Assembly (NCBI GenBank): GCA_032249055.1
Contig: JAVVGP010000013.1
Location: 1 to 16,216, forward strand
Reading direction: 5' to 3'
Length of the DNA stretch: 16,216 nucleotides
Source of the DNA: Thermoproteota archaeon
GTDB lineage: Archaea; Thermoproteota; Thermoprotei; Gearchaeales; Gearchaeaceae
The notes beneath the pieces are model-generated. The model ran no database searches and had not been told where the DNA came from. It was given only the letters and a program-made list of their open reading frames with translations. Within the stretch, counting starts at the first letter, position 1. Every line of letters begins with the position of its first letter. This document shows positions 8,480-16,216 of the stretch, piece after piece. The translations under genes were made by a program, and so were the position numbers.

Positions 8480-8490
8480 CTTATAAGTTT
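8480..8490 (-). promoter_or_regulatory. TATA-like promoter of FrhB-like gene
   Basis: Minus-strand AAACTTATAAG centred ~29 nt upstream of the ATG at 8455. Confidence 0.45.
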
Positions 8491-8507
8491 ATCTCTTATA
8501 TAAATTA

Positions 8508-8521
8508 AAAAAATTTATATA
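8508..8521 (+). promoter_or_regulatory. TATA-like promoter of PEPCK gene
   Basis: A-rich BRE-like stretch followed by TTTATATA centred ~31 nt upstream of ATG 8549. Confidence 0.5.
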
Positions 8522-8548
8522 ATATAAAATAATTTTATTTTTCATTCA

Positions 8549-10312
8549 ATGGCAGTAATTCTTGAAGAAGCGAAGGGATTAAATAAAGAATTAATAAAAT
8601 GGGTTAAAGAAGTTGCTGAAATTACCGAACCTGATGAAATATTAATTTGTGATGGTTCGGATGAGGAATTTAATTATTTGATTAATATTTTGTTAAAGGA
8701 AGGAAGTTTAATAAAGTTAAACGAAGAAAAATATCCAGGATGTTATCTTTACAGAAGTGCTCCTTTTGATGTAGCTAGAACCGAAGAAGCTACTTATATA
8801 TGTACTAAAAAGAAAGAAGAAGCTGGTCCAAACAATAATTGGATGGAACCAAATGAAGCAAAAAGTAAGCTGTTTAAATTGTTAAAAGGTTGCATGAGAG
8901 GAAGAAAAATGTTTGTTGTACCTTACATCTTAGGTCCTGTTTCATCAAAATATTCACAAATAGGTGTTGAAATAACCGATAGTCCTTATGTTGTAATAAA
9001 TTTAAGATTCTTAACAAGGATGGGTAAAATAGCTTTAGAAAAATTAAATGAAACAAACAATTTTGTAAAAGGAATTCATTCCATGGGCAATTTGGATCCT
9101 AAGAATAAATATATATGTCATTTTCCTGAAGAAATGCTAATAATAAGCATAAATTCGAATTATGGAGGAAATTCTATATTAAGCAAAAAATGTCATTCTT
9201 TAAGGTTAGCAAGTTATCAAGCAAGAAAAGAAAAATGGATGGCTGAGCATATGCTTGTTATAGGATTGGAAAATCCTGAAGGAGAAATAATATATATTAC
9301 TGCAGCATTTCCTAGTGCAAGCGGAAAAACAAACTTAGCAACTTTATCTCCTTCAGGTAAATATTCAGATTGGAAAATATGGTTAATAAGTGATGATATA
9401 GCTTGGATGTATGTTGGTAATGATGGAAGACTTTATGCAATAAATCCTGAATATGGTTTCTTTGGTGTAGTTGTTGGTATAAATGAAAAAGTAACACCAA
9501 ATTTAATGAAAACTATAAGTAAAAATACGATATTTACAAATGTTGCGCTAACTAAAGATTTAACTCCTTGGTGGGAAGGTCTTGGAGAATATCCAGAGGA
9601 ATTATTAGATTGGCAAGGTAAACCGTGGAAAAAGGGAAAGCCTGCTGCTCATCCAAATTCAAGATTTACAACATATTTAAAGCAATATCCTTATATTTCA
9701 CCTTACTTTGAAGATCCAAACGGTGTTCCGGTATCTGTTATACTTTTTGGAGGAAGAAGAAGTAAAACTATTCCTTTAGTATTTGAAACTTTTAGCTGGG
9801 AACATGGTGTTTTAGCTGGTGCTATGATGCGTGTTGAAACTACAGCTGCTGCTGAAGGTGAAGTTGGAAGATTGAGAAATGACCCTATGGCAATGTTGCC
9901 TTTCTGTGGCTATAATATAGGAGATTATTTTGCTCATTGGCTAGAAATGGGTGAAAGAATCAAACATAAACCAAGAATTTTCTATGTTAATTGGTTTAGA
10001 AAAAATGAAAAAGGTAAATTCATTTGGCCAGGTTTTAATGAAAATATTAGAGTTTTAAAATGGATATGGGATAGGATAAAAGGAAAAGTTGGCGCTGAAA
10101 AAACACCTATTGGATATATTCCAAGGAAGGAAGATTTTGATTTTGAAGGTTTAAATCTTAAAGATGAAGATATTAATGAGTTATTTAAAATAGATAAAAA
10201 TGAATGGATAAAAGAATTTATGGAAGCGAAAAAGTTTTTTGAAAAATTCGGTAATAGATTTCCTAAAAAATTATGGGATATATTCTACGAAATATTGGAA
10301 AATCTTAAATGA
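8549..10312 (+). CDS. pckG: Phosphoenolpyruvate carboxykinase (GTP)
   Basis: YGGNSILSKKCHSLRLAS, KWMAEHMLVIGL, ITAAFPSASGKTNLATLSP, GDDIAWM-like ISDDIAWM, FGGRRSKTIPLVFE, NDPMAMLPFCGYNIGDYFAHWL. Confidence 0.96.
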   Translation: MAVILEEAKGLNKELIKWVKEVAEITEPDEILICDGSDEEFNYLINILLKEGSLIKLNEEKYPGCYLYRSAPFDVARTEEATYICTKKKEEAGPNNNWMEPNEAKSKLFKLLKGCMRGRKMFVVPYILGPVSSKYSQIGVEITDSPYVVINLRFLTRMGKIALEKLNETNNFVKGIHSMGNLDPKNKYICHFPEEMLIISINSNYGGNSILSKKCHSLRLASYQARKEKWMAEHMLVIGLENPEGEIIYITAAFPSASGKTNLATLSPSGKYSDWKIWLISDDIAWMYVGNDGRLYAINPEYGFFGVVVGINEKVTPNLMKTISKNTIFTNVALTKDLTPWWEGLGEYPEELLDWQGKPWKKGKPAAHPNSRFTTYLKQYPYISPYFEDPNGVPVSVILFGGRRSKTIPLVFETFSWEHGVLAGAMMRVETTAAAEGEVGRLRNDPMAMLPFCGYNIGDYFAHWLEMGERIKHKPRIFYVNWFRKNEKGKFIWPGFNENIRVLKWIWDRIKGKVGAEKTPIGYIPRKEDFDFEGLNLKDEDINELFKIDKNEWIKEFMEAKKFFEKFGNRFPKKLWDIFYEILENLK

Positions 10313-10812
10313 AAATAGAAAATCTTGTAGATTTTTTGCTAGAAGTTTATAAATTAAAAGAAATAAAGAGAAAAGGTTGGGTAGTTAAAGTAGGTATTGA
10401 TGAAGCTGAAAGTGTTGCAAGTCATACTTTTGGAATGTTACTTTTAGCTTCGATAATCTATAACAAGTCTGACTTGATGAAAAATATATCTTTACATGAT
10501 ATTGCTGAAATAAAAATAGGAGATTTACTTCCAGAGGAAAAAGATAAGGAGTTGGAGAAAAAAGTATATGAGGAGATTGTTAAAAATGTAGCAAAAGACT
10601 GGAATTTGCCTAAGAGTTTAGATGAAATATTTAGATTAGAGAAAATTAAGGAACTAGATAGATTAGATATGGCTTTGCAAGCTCTTTATTATAAAGAAAA
10701 AGGCTATCCTAAAGAAAAGCTCAGAGAGTTTATTGTTTCAGCAGAAAAGGAAATCAAAAGTAAGGAGTTAAAAGAGATATTAGAAGAAATAAAGAAGAGA
10801 TTCGAAAAATAA
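10309..10812 (+). CDS. HD-domain phosphohydrolase, YfbR/HDDC2-like (nucleotidase-like)
   Basis: KRKGWV…ESVASHTFGMLLLA, LHDIAEIKIGDLLP, ELDRLDMALQA. The ATGA overlap with the pckG stop suggests translational coupling. Confidence 0.88.
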   Translation: MKIENLVDFLLEVYKLKEIKRKGWVVKVGIDEAESVASHTFGMLLLASIIYNKSDLMKNISLHDIAEIKIGDLLPEEKDKELEKKVYEEIVKNVAKDWNLPKSLDEIFRLEKIKELDRLDMALQALYYKEKGYPKEKLREFIVSAEKEIKSKELKEILEEIKKRFEK

Positions 10813-11423
10813 ATGGAAAATACAATTTTTGATTTATCTTATTTTAATATTCATAAAATCTTTCAAGAACTAAAAGAAATAGGTGCTATCTCGTTTAAGT
10901 TACTTAGAGATGATTTTAGGAACCTTCTCTATAATGAAGCACTAAATTTTAATTATAAAAAGGAGCCAGTGGAAGTTAATGCTAAAAAATATATTGTAAA
11001 AATGGAAGTTGAATCATGCAGAAGTTTTCCTAATAATAGTTTATTTTATACATTAAAGGAAACATTTCAGAATTTTATAATTAATGAATTTAAAAAAGTT
11101 GGTGAAGATATTTTTGAGACCCCCTTAAATTTTAATTCGATGATCCTTCTTAGGTATCCCAAAGGTTCAATAGGAATTTCTCCTCATCAAGACAATCCTA
11201 AATACATCAATTTGATTTGCATTTTTGTAATAAAAGGTAAAGGCAAATTCTTTATCTGCAAAAATGAAAAGGGGACGATGCTATAGAAATAAGCTCGAAT
11301 GAAGGTAACGTTATAATTCTTAGAGCACCAGGGTTTTTAAAATCAAAGCAAAGACCCTTTCATTTTGTAAAGGATATTGAAGAAGAAAGATATACCTTTG
11401 GTTTAAGACAGGAAAAGCTTTAA
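10813..11423 (+). CDS. HxD…H (AlkB/2OG-Fe(II) oxygenase-like) protein split by a -1 frameshift; ORF1 10813..11286, continuation 11274..11423 in the -1 frame
   Basis: ORF1 has NSMILLRYPKGSIGISPHQDNPKYINLICIFVIKGKGKFFICKNEKG. The -1 frame continues GDDAIEISSNEGNVIILRAPGFLKSKQRPFHFVKDIEEERYTFGLRQEKL*. The joined product is ~203 aa. Confidence 0.75.
11268..11274 (+). other. Candidate -1 slippery heptamer A_AAG_GGG
   Basis: Bases AAAGGGG lie in the zero frame as A AAG GGG (X XXY YYZ), exactly where the reading frame must change. Confidence 0.35.
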
Positions 11424-11539
11424 ATTTAAAAGAATTACACTTCTTAGATCTGAATTTTAGAAATAAAATTTAAGAAATTGTTTCATAAAATTGAATTTGA
11501 ATTTTCATGTTTTTATTTAATATTAATTAAATCTTAAGT

Positions 11540-11932
11540 ATGAGTGTTAAAGTCACATGGAAAGTTAATGAAGGATATATAGGCTACGATTCTAAAGGAA
11601 ACACCATAGAACTTGGTAAAGATAAATTTTCTCCAATGGAACTTTTATTAATTTCCTTAGCAGGATGTACAGCAATAGATGTTGTCGAAATATTAACTAA
11701 AATGAGGAAAAAAATAAAAGAAGTAAATGTCTATGTTGAAGGAGAAAGGAATGAAGAATATCCAAGATATTGGAAAAAAGCAAAAATAAAATATGAGATT
11801 TTAGGAGAAGATATCACAAATGCGGATGCTGAAAAAGCAATAAAGCTTTCAATGGATATTTATTGTTCAGTAGCTGCAACAATTTCAGGCAAGACTGAGA
11901 TATCTTATAGCTATGAAATTAAAAAAGTATAA
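11540..11932 (+). CDS. OsmC family protein (peroxiredoxin-like)
   Basis: PMELLLISLAGCTAIDVVEIL and LSMDIYCSVAATI, the two conserved Cys of the OsmC fold. Confidence 0.9.
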   Translation: MSVKVTWKVNEGYIGYDSKGNTIELGKDKFSPMELLLISLAGCTAIDVVEILTKMRKKIKEVNVYVEGERNEEYPRYWKKAKIKYEILGEDITNADAEKAIKLSMDIYCSVAATISGKTEISYSYEIKKV

Positions 11933-11995
11933 TTAAAAGTTAAGTTAAAAAATTACTTTTTCAAAAATATTAATTCTATTTCGTAATAATCTTTC

Positions 11996-12850
11996 ATGAA
12001 TATAGGATTTATAGGGCTTGGCAGAATGGGAAGTAGAATTGCAAAAAACTTACTTAAAGAATATGGAAATATTAACGTTTATAATAGAACAAAAGAAAAA
12101 GCAAAAGAACTAATTGAATTAGGAGCAAAGTTTTTTGATACTCCAAAAGAACTTGCTAAATATTCAAATGTTATATTTACAATAGTTTCAAATTCCGAAG
12201 CTGTAAAAGAAGTACTTTTAGGTTCCGAAGGTGCTTTTCATTCAGCTTCAAAGGATACATATTTTATAGATATGTCAACAATTGAACCAGATGTTTCAAT
12301 AGAAATTTACAATATAGCTAAACAAAAAGGATTTCACTTTTTAGATGCTCCATTGATTGGAAGTATTGATGCAGCTGAAAAGGCAACTTTAACTATAATT
12401 GTAGGAGGTGATAAAGAAGATTTTGAACATGTATTACCAATATTACAAAAAATAGGTAAAAACATATTTTATGTAGGACCTGCAGGAAGTGGTTCAAAAC
12501 TTAAATTAATAAATAACGTTTTAATTGCCAACACACCTGTCATATTTGGAGAAATTTTAAATATAGCTAAAAAATCAGGTTTAGATTTACAAGTAGTATT
12601 AAATGTATTAAAATCAGGAATTTTTGGACAGATTTTAACTTATTATGAAAATAGGATAGTATATAAGAACTTTTCTACTAGATTTAGTTTGGAATTAATG
12701 TTAAAAGATTTAAAATATGCAAAAAAATTAGCCTCAACGTTTAATTGCAAAACAGCTATTATAGATAGTCTAGTTCAAGTTTATGATGAAGCGTTTAAAA
12801 AAGGTTTATCGCAACTAGATTACACTGCTGTAAGTACAGTTTTTGAATAA
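11996..12850 (+). CDS. NAD(P)-dependent beta-hydroxyacid dehydrogenase (3-hydroxyisobutyrate dehydrogenase family)
   Basis: IGFIGLGRMGSRIAKNL, YNRTKEK, FLDAPLIGS, PAGSGSKLKLINN. Confidence 0.93.
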   Translation: MNIGFIGLGRMGSRIAKNLLKEYGNINVYNRTKEKAKELIELGAKFFDTPKELAKYSNVIFTIVSNSEAVKEVLLGSEGAFHSASKDTYFIDMSTIEPDVSIEIYNIAKQKGFHFLDAPLIGSIDAAEKATLTIIVGGDKEDFEHVLPILQKIGKNIFYVGPAGSGSKLKLINNVLIANTPVIFGEILNIAKKSGLDLQVVLNVLKSGIFGQILTYYENRIVYKNFSTRFSLELMLKDLKYAKKLASTFNCKTAIIDSLVQVYDEAFKKGLSQLDYTAVSTVFE

Positions 12851-12863
12851 AAAAATAAAAAAA

Positions 12864-13100
12864 TTAGTATGTTTCTATTACTACTGAAGTAGAAGTTTTT
12901 ATTACTCCAGGTACTGAAAGTATTTTTTCTTTAATTGTTTTGGACAATTCTGAGAAATCTTTTGCATCAAGCTCTACAACTAGATCAAATTCTCCTGTTA
13001 CTGCTTTTACTGATTTAGCGTTTTGTATTTTTTTAATTTCAGTACCTACTTTGTCAATTTTATTAGGTTCTACTACAACAAATACGTATGCTTCTACCAT
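12864..13100 (-). CDS. Stand-alone Lrp/AsnC ligand-binding (RAM) domain protein
   Basis: VEAYVFVVVEP…VKAVTGEFDLVVELDAKDFSELSKTIKEKILSVPGVIKTSTSVV; no HTH. ATG at 13098-13100 is preferred over the track's TTG at 13106 because of TATA spacing. Confidence 0.88.
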   Translation of the reverse strand: MVEAYVFVVVEPNKIDKVGTEIKKIQNAKSVKAVTGEFDLVVELDAKDFSELSKTIKEKILSVPGVIKTSTSVVIETY

Positions 13101-13122
13101 AAACAAATTAATTTTTGTAAAG

Positions 13123-13133
13123 TATATAAATTT
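13123..13133 (-). promoter_or_regulatory. TATA-like promoter of RAM-domain gene
   Basis: Minus-strand AAATTTATATA centred ~27 nt upstream of ATG 13100. Confidence 0.5.
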
Positions 13134-13216
13134 AAAGAATTCATAAAGATTGATTTAACTTAAAAAGGTGGTTAATACAACATTTTAGTAAAACTTCTAA
13201 TATCTTCTTTTAAAAC

Positions 13217-14842
13217 TTAATTCCAACTAACTCTTTTAGCTTTTTCTACATCAAAGCCTAATCTTTCTCCCCATTTTTCTATACTCCTTAATATTGTATT
13301 AGCTCCGACAAATGATAAAACTTGCATAAACATCTTAAAGAATGGATTTACGTTAAATACCTCTCTTGAAGCTCTTAATATTTCAATTAATGTATGTCTC
13401 CAGCATCTATATATTACTGCAAAATAACCTTCATTTACTTGTTCTTCTATATTAAAGAAATCTTTATCTTTTAGTAATCCAATAGGAACAAAGCTTAAAG
13501 GTGTGGCTGTAAAGTGAGCTTTATTTCCAACTTTTTTCGGCAACTCTTTTTCCATTCTATCAATTAACCTTACAGTATCCCAGCAATCTTCCTCTGTTTC
13601 TCCAGGTAAACCAACTATTAAAGTATATGCTGGGAACCAATAGTTATCATTTAATACTGCATTACCTTCCAATATTATTTCTTGCCATTCATCTGCATCA
13701 AAAGGTTTAGCCTTTAATGGCATATAATTACTAAAAATTCTGTTAGAACCTGTTTCTAAGCCGCATTGAATTCCGATCCAATTTCTTGAATGAGCTCTAA
13801 GTATTTTAGATAAGTCTTTTATTAAATCAGGATCCGCTGCTGCAGCTGAAACAGTACCATGCGTAGGATTCATATGCTTAATTCCTTTTATTTCCATTAT
13901 TGATTTAAACAAAGCTATTAATGCATCTCTATTGGGATAAAAATATTTTTTATCTTCTACTTCATACAAAAATATATCTTCACTATGTAACCAAACACTA
14001 TGATACCCTCCTAATTTTACATTTACAAGTACTTCTTTCTTTATTTTTTCAATTGGCATATATCTTCCAACTCTTAAGTTTGGCTCACAAAAATGACAAT
14101 TTCTTCCACACCCTCTCATTGCTTCTACAAAGCCGTGGGTAGCTGGACGAACTATAGTAGGTATTTGATGTATTTCAGGATGGCCTCTAACTTTTATTAT
14201 TCTATTTAATGATTTATCTAATGAAAGAATTTCAGAAACGATGTTGCCTCCATTCGTATTGTAGTAATATATATCTTCTTTCTCTATTTTAAAGAACAAA
14301 TCAGGCAATAAATGATCTACTTCTCCTATTATTAAATGATCAATTTGAAGCTCATCTAAATAATTCCTTTTAACATCAAGTTGCCAAGCTCCACTTCCGC
14401 CTACTACAATTTTAAATTTTAAATTTCTTTTTCTCCTTATTTGTGCTACAGTTCTAACAAGTTTAAGAAAATAATATTTTGTATAAGCAGTATAATATCC
14501 TCCATAAGTAAACATCATCGATACTGGCCCTAAACCCAAAGGATCCATCGAATTTATTCCTACAATTTTTGTATCTTCATTTATGAACTTATGAATATGA
14601 TCAGGATGAACAACTGCAATCTCGTTTGGTTTATATCCTCTTAATAATCCAGCTTCTATTTTTCTTAAAGGATATGGAGCTCTTATTAATAAACCATTAT
14701 AAGTAGGTAGTTGACCTGTAAGAAAATCATATAAGAACTTAGGTGTTTTTTCAACTGGAGCGCAACTAAAGAAATCAAGCAATGGAATATGATGAAATTC
14801 TCCAGTTAGTGTTCTATCACTTGTTAAAACAATTCGAACCAT
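13217..14842 (-). CDS. Radical SAM protein with N-terminal B12-binding-like domain, function unknown
   Basis: RGCGRNCHFCEP (CxxxCxxC) after an N-terminal Rossmann-like region containing KIVVGGSGAWQL; IGIQCGLETGSNRI; YTLIVGLPGETEEDCWDTVRLI. Confidence 0.9.
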   Translation of the reverse strand: MVRIVLTSDRTLTGEFHHIPLLDFFSCAPVEKTPKFLYDFLTGQLPTYNGLLIRAPYPLRKIEAGLLRGYKPNEIAVVHPDHIHKFINEDTKIVGINSMDPLGLGPVSMMFTYGGYYTAYTKYYFLKLVRTVAQIRRKRNLKFKIVVGGSGAWQLDVKRNYLDELQIDHLIIGEVDHLLPDLFFKIEKEDIYYYNTNGGNIVSEILSLDKSLNRIIKVRGHPEIHQIPTIVRPATHGFVEAMRGCGRNCHFCEPNLRVGRYMPIEKIKKEVLVNVKLGGYHSVWLHSEDIFLYEVEDKKYFYPNRDALIALFKSIMEIKGIKHMNPTHGTVSAAAADPDLIKDLSKILRAHSRNWIGIQCGLETGSNRIFSNYMPLKAKPFDADEWQEIILEGNAVLNDNYWFPAYTLIVGLPGETEEDCWDTVRLIDRMEKELPKKVGNKAHFTATPLSFVPIGLLKDKDFFNIEEQVNEGYFAVIYRCWRHTLIEILRASREVFNVNPFFKMFMQVLSFVGANTILRSIEKWGERLGFDVEKAKRVSWN

Positions 14843-14870
14843 AGTGTAAAATAATAAGGATTTATATCAA

Positions 14871-14880
14871 TATAAACTTT
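14871..14880 (-). promoter_or_regulatory. TATA-like promoter of radical SAM gene
   Basis: Minus-strand AAAGTTTATA centred ~32 nt upstream of the ATG at 14842. Confidence 0.45.
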
Positions 14881-14938
14881 TCGGTATTTTAGACTTACCA
14901 ATAAATTTGGTATCTTAAAATAATTAAAATAGAATAAA

Positions 14939-16216
14939 ATGGGAAATGAAGCTACATTATGCATAGATGTTGGAGGTACTTTTACTGATTATGTAATGTT
15001 ATTTAATGATGAAATTATCACGTTTAAACTTCCTACAGAAACAAAGAATTTAGAAAATGTAATCTCAAATTTTTTGAATTCATTGAAAATCGATTTGAAT
15101 ATTAAAGAATTAATCTATGTATCCACAATAGCTTCAAACTTACTTTTAGGACAACTAGGTATAGCGATGCCTAAGGTTTGTTTGATAACAACAAAAGGGT
15201 TTAGAGATGTTATAGAAATAGGAAGACAAAATAGACCCGAATTATACAATTTATTCTTTGAGAAAAAGAAACCTTTAGTGGAAAGAAGATATAGATTTGA
15301 AGTAAATGAAAGAATAGATTCAAAAGGAAAAATAATTAAAGAAGTAGATGAGAAAGAAATTGAAAATATAGCAAAAATAATAATTCAAAATAAAATAGAA
15401 AGTGTTGCTATTTGCTACATTAACTCTTATGTTAATCCTTTTAACGAGTTTAAAACAAAAGAGCTTCTTAAAAAGTTAATTCCCTATAATGTTTATATAG
15501 TAACTTCATATGAAGTCTGTCCAGAAATAGGAGAATATGAAAGATTTTCCACTACTGTATTAAATGCTATATTAATGCCAGTTATGAGCTCTCATATGGA
15601 TAAATTATTGGAAGAAGCTAAAAAAAGAAAAATTAAAAAGTTTTATGTTATGGGTTCAATAGGAGGATTGTTAAGTTATGATAAAGTTTCCATGAAACCT
15701 GTTTATACTATTGAATCAGGACCGATTGCAGGCATATTAGGTTCTTTATATTTATCAAAAATTTACAATCTTGATAATGTTGTTTCTTTTGATATGGGAG
15801 GCACAACAGCTAAGAGTTCTTTAATCCAAAATTTTTCTCCTTTTATAACTACGGAATATGAATTTGATTCAAGAAGAATAGGAGGACGTTCTTTAAAAGG
15901 AACAGGTTATCCTATAAAGATTCCTTTTATAGATATTGTTGAAGTTAGTGCAGGCGGAGGAACTATCGTTTGGATAGATGAAACAAATTCTCTTAAAGTA
16001 GGGCCTTTAAGTGCAGGTGCGGATCCAGGACCTGCTTGTTATGGTAAAAGTATGATACCAACAATCACCGATGCTAATTTAATTTTAGGAAGATTGAGCG
16101 AAAAACTATTGGGTGGAAATATGATCGTTTATAAAGAAAGATCTGTTAAAGCTTTTGAAAATTTAAGTAAAAATTTAGGGTTGAGTGTCGAAGAAACAGC
16201 TTATTCTGCTATAAAA
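14939..16216 (+). CDS. Hydantoinase/oxoprolinase subunit A (HyuA-like), 3' truncated by window edge
   Basis: Not in the ORF track because no stop is reached. ATG at 14939-14941, open to 16216: [21 protein letters not shown]…[11 protein letters not shown]…[11 protein letters not shown]…[16 protein letters not shown]…[12 protein letters not shown]…[18 protein letters not shown]…[10 protein letters not shown]. Confidence 0.95.
   Translation, partial: MGNEATLCIDVGGTFTDYVMLFNDEIITFKLPTETKNLENVISNFLNSLKIDLNIKELIYVSTIASNLLLGQLGIAMPKVCLITTKGFRDVIEIGRQNRPELYNLFFEKKKPLVERRYRFEVNERIDSKGKIIKEVDEKEIENIAKIIIQNKIESVAICYINSYVNPFNEFKTKELLKKLIPYNVYIVTSYEVCPEIGEYERFSTTVLNAILMPVMSSHMDKLLEEAKKRKIKKFYVMGSIGGLLSYDKVSMKPVYTIESGPIAGILGSLYLSKIYNLDNVVSFDMGGTTAKSSLIQNFSPFITTEYEFDSRRIGGRSLKGTGYPIKIPFIDIVEVSAGGGTIVWIDETNSLKVGPLSAGADPGPACYGKSMIPTITDANLILGRLSEKLLGGNMIVYKERSVKAFENLSKNLGLSVEETAYSAIK

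Noticed and set aside
8874-9500. Two - strand ORFs (60 and 62 aa) inside pckG
   Set aside because: Antisense to PEPCK with skewed composition (H/Q/L-rich).
11356-11373. Small inverted repeat CCTTT-N8-AAAGG as a frameshift stimulator
   Set aside because: About 80 nt downstream of the slippery heptamer and only 5 bp, so too far and too weak to be a standard -1 stimulatory element.
11424-11539. Intergenic AT-rich region with near-palindromic AAATT/AATTT stretches
   Set aside because: Expected from base composition; most likely just the terminator and promoter region upstream of the OsmC gene.
12940-13146. + strand ORF (68 aa)
   Set aside because: Antisense to the RAM-domain gene.
13921-14142. 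+ strand ORF (73 aa)
   Set aside because: Antisense to the radical SAM gene, no family resemblance.
1-16216. Defence system, CRISPR or mobile element
   Set aside because: No array-like repeats, Cas, toxin-antitoxin, transposase or integrase motifs were seen; the gene content is housekeeping/metabolic.

Overview
AT-rich archaeal chromosomal window, probably from the Thermoproteota and Sulfolobales-like. That placement is inferred from the gene content and from TATA boxes sitting ~24-32 nt upstream of start codons (leaderless style). Genes in order: 3' part of a lipoate-protein ligase; endonuclease V (-); metallo-beta-lactamase-fold hydrolase (+); a compact minus-strand coenzyme F420 operon (cofD, FMN/TIM-barrel DUS-like protein, cofC, cofE, DUF123-type GIY-YIG protein); rhomboid protease (+); arginase/agmatinase-family protein (-); 83-aa unknown plus FrhB/FpoF-like F420 oxidoreductase subunit (-); GTP-type PEP carboxykinase, HD-domain protein and a frame-disrupted HxD...H 2OG-Fe(II)-oxygenase-like protein (+); OsmC; beta-hydroxyacid dehydrogenase (+); stand-alone Lrp/AsnC ligand-binding domain (-); radical SAM protein (-); hydantoinase/oxoprolinase A subunit (5' part, +). 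I saw no CRISPR array, transposon, rRNA or tRNA. The two strongest leads are: (1) the oxygenase-like gene is split exactly at an A_AAG_GGG heptamer, and its distal His and Arg are encoded only in the -1 frame; (2) an uncharacterised DUS-like flavoprotein is embedded in the cof operon.
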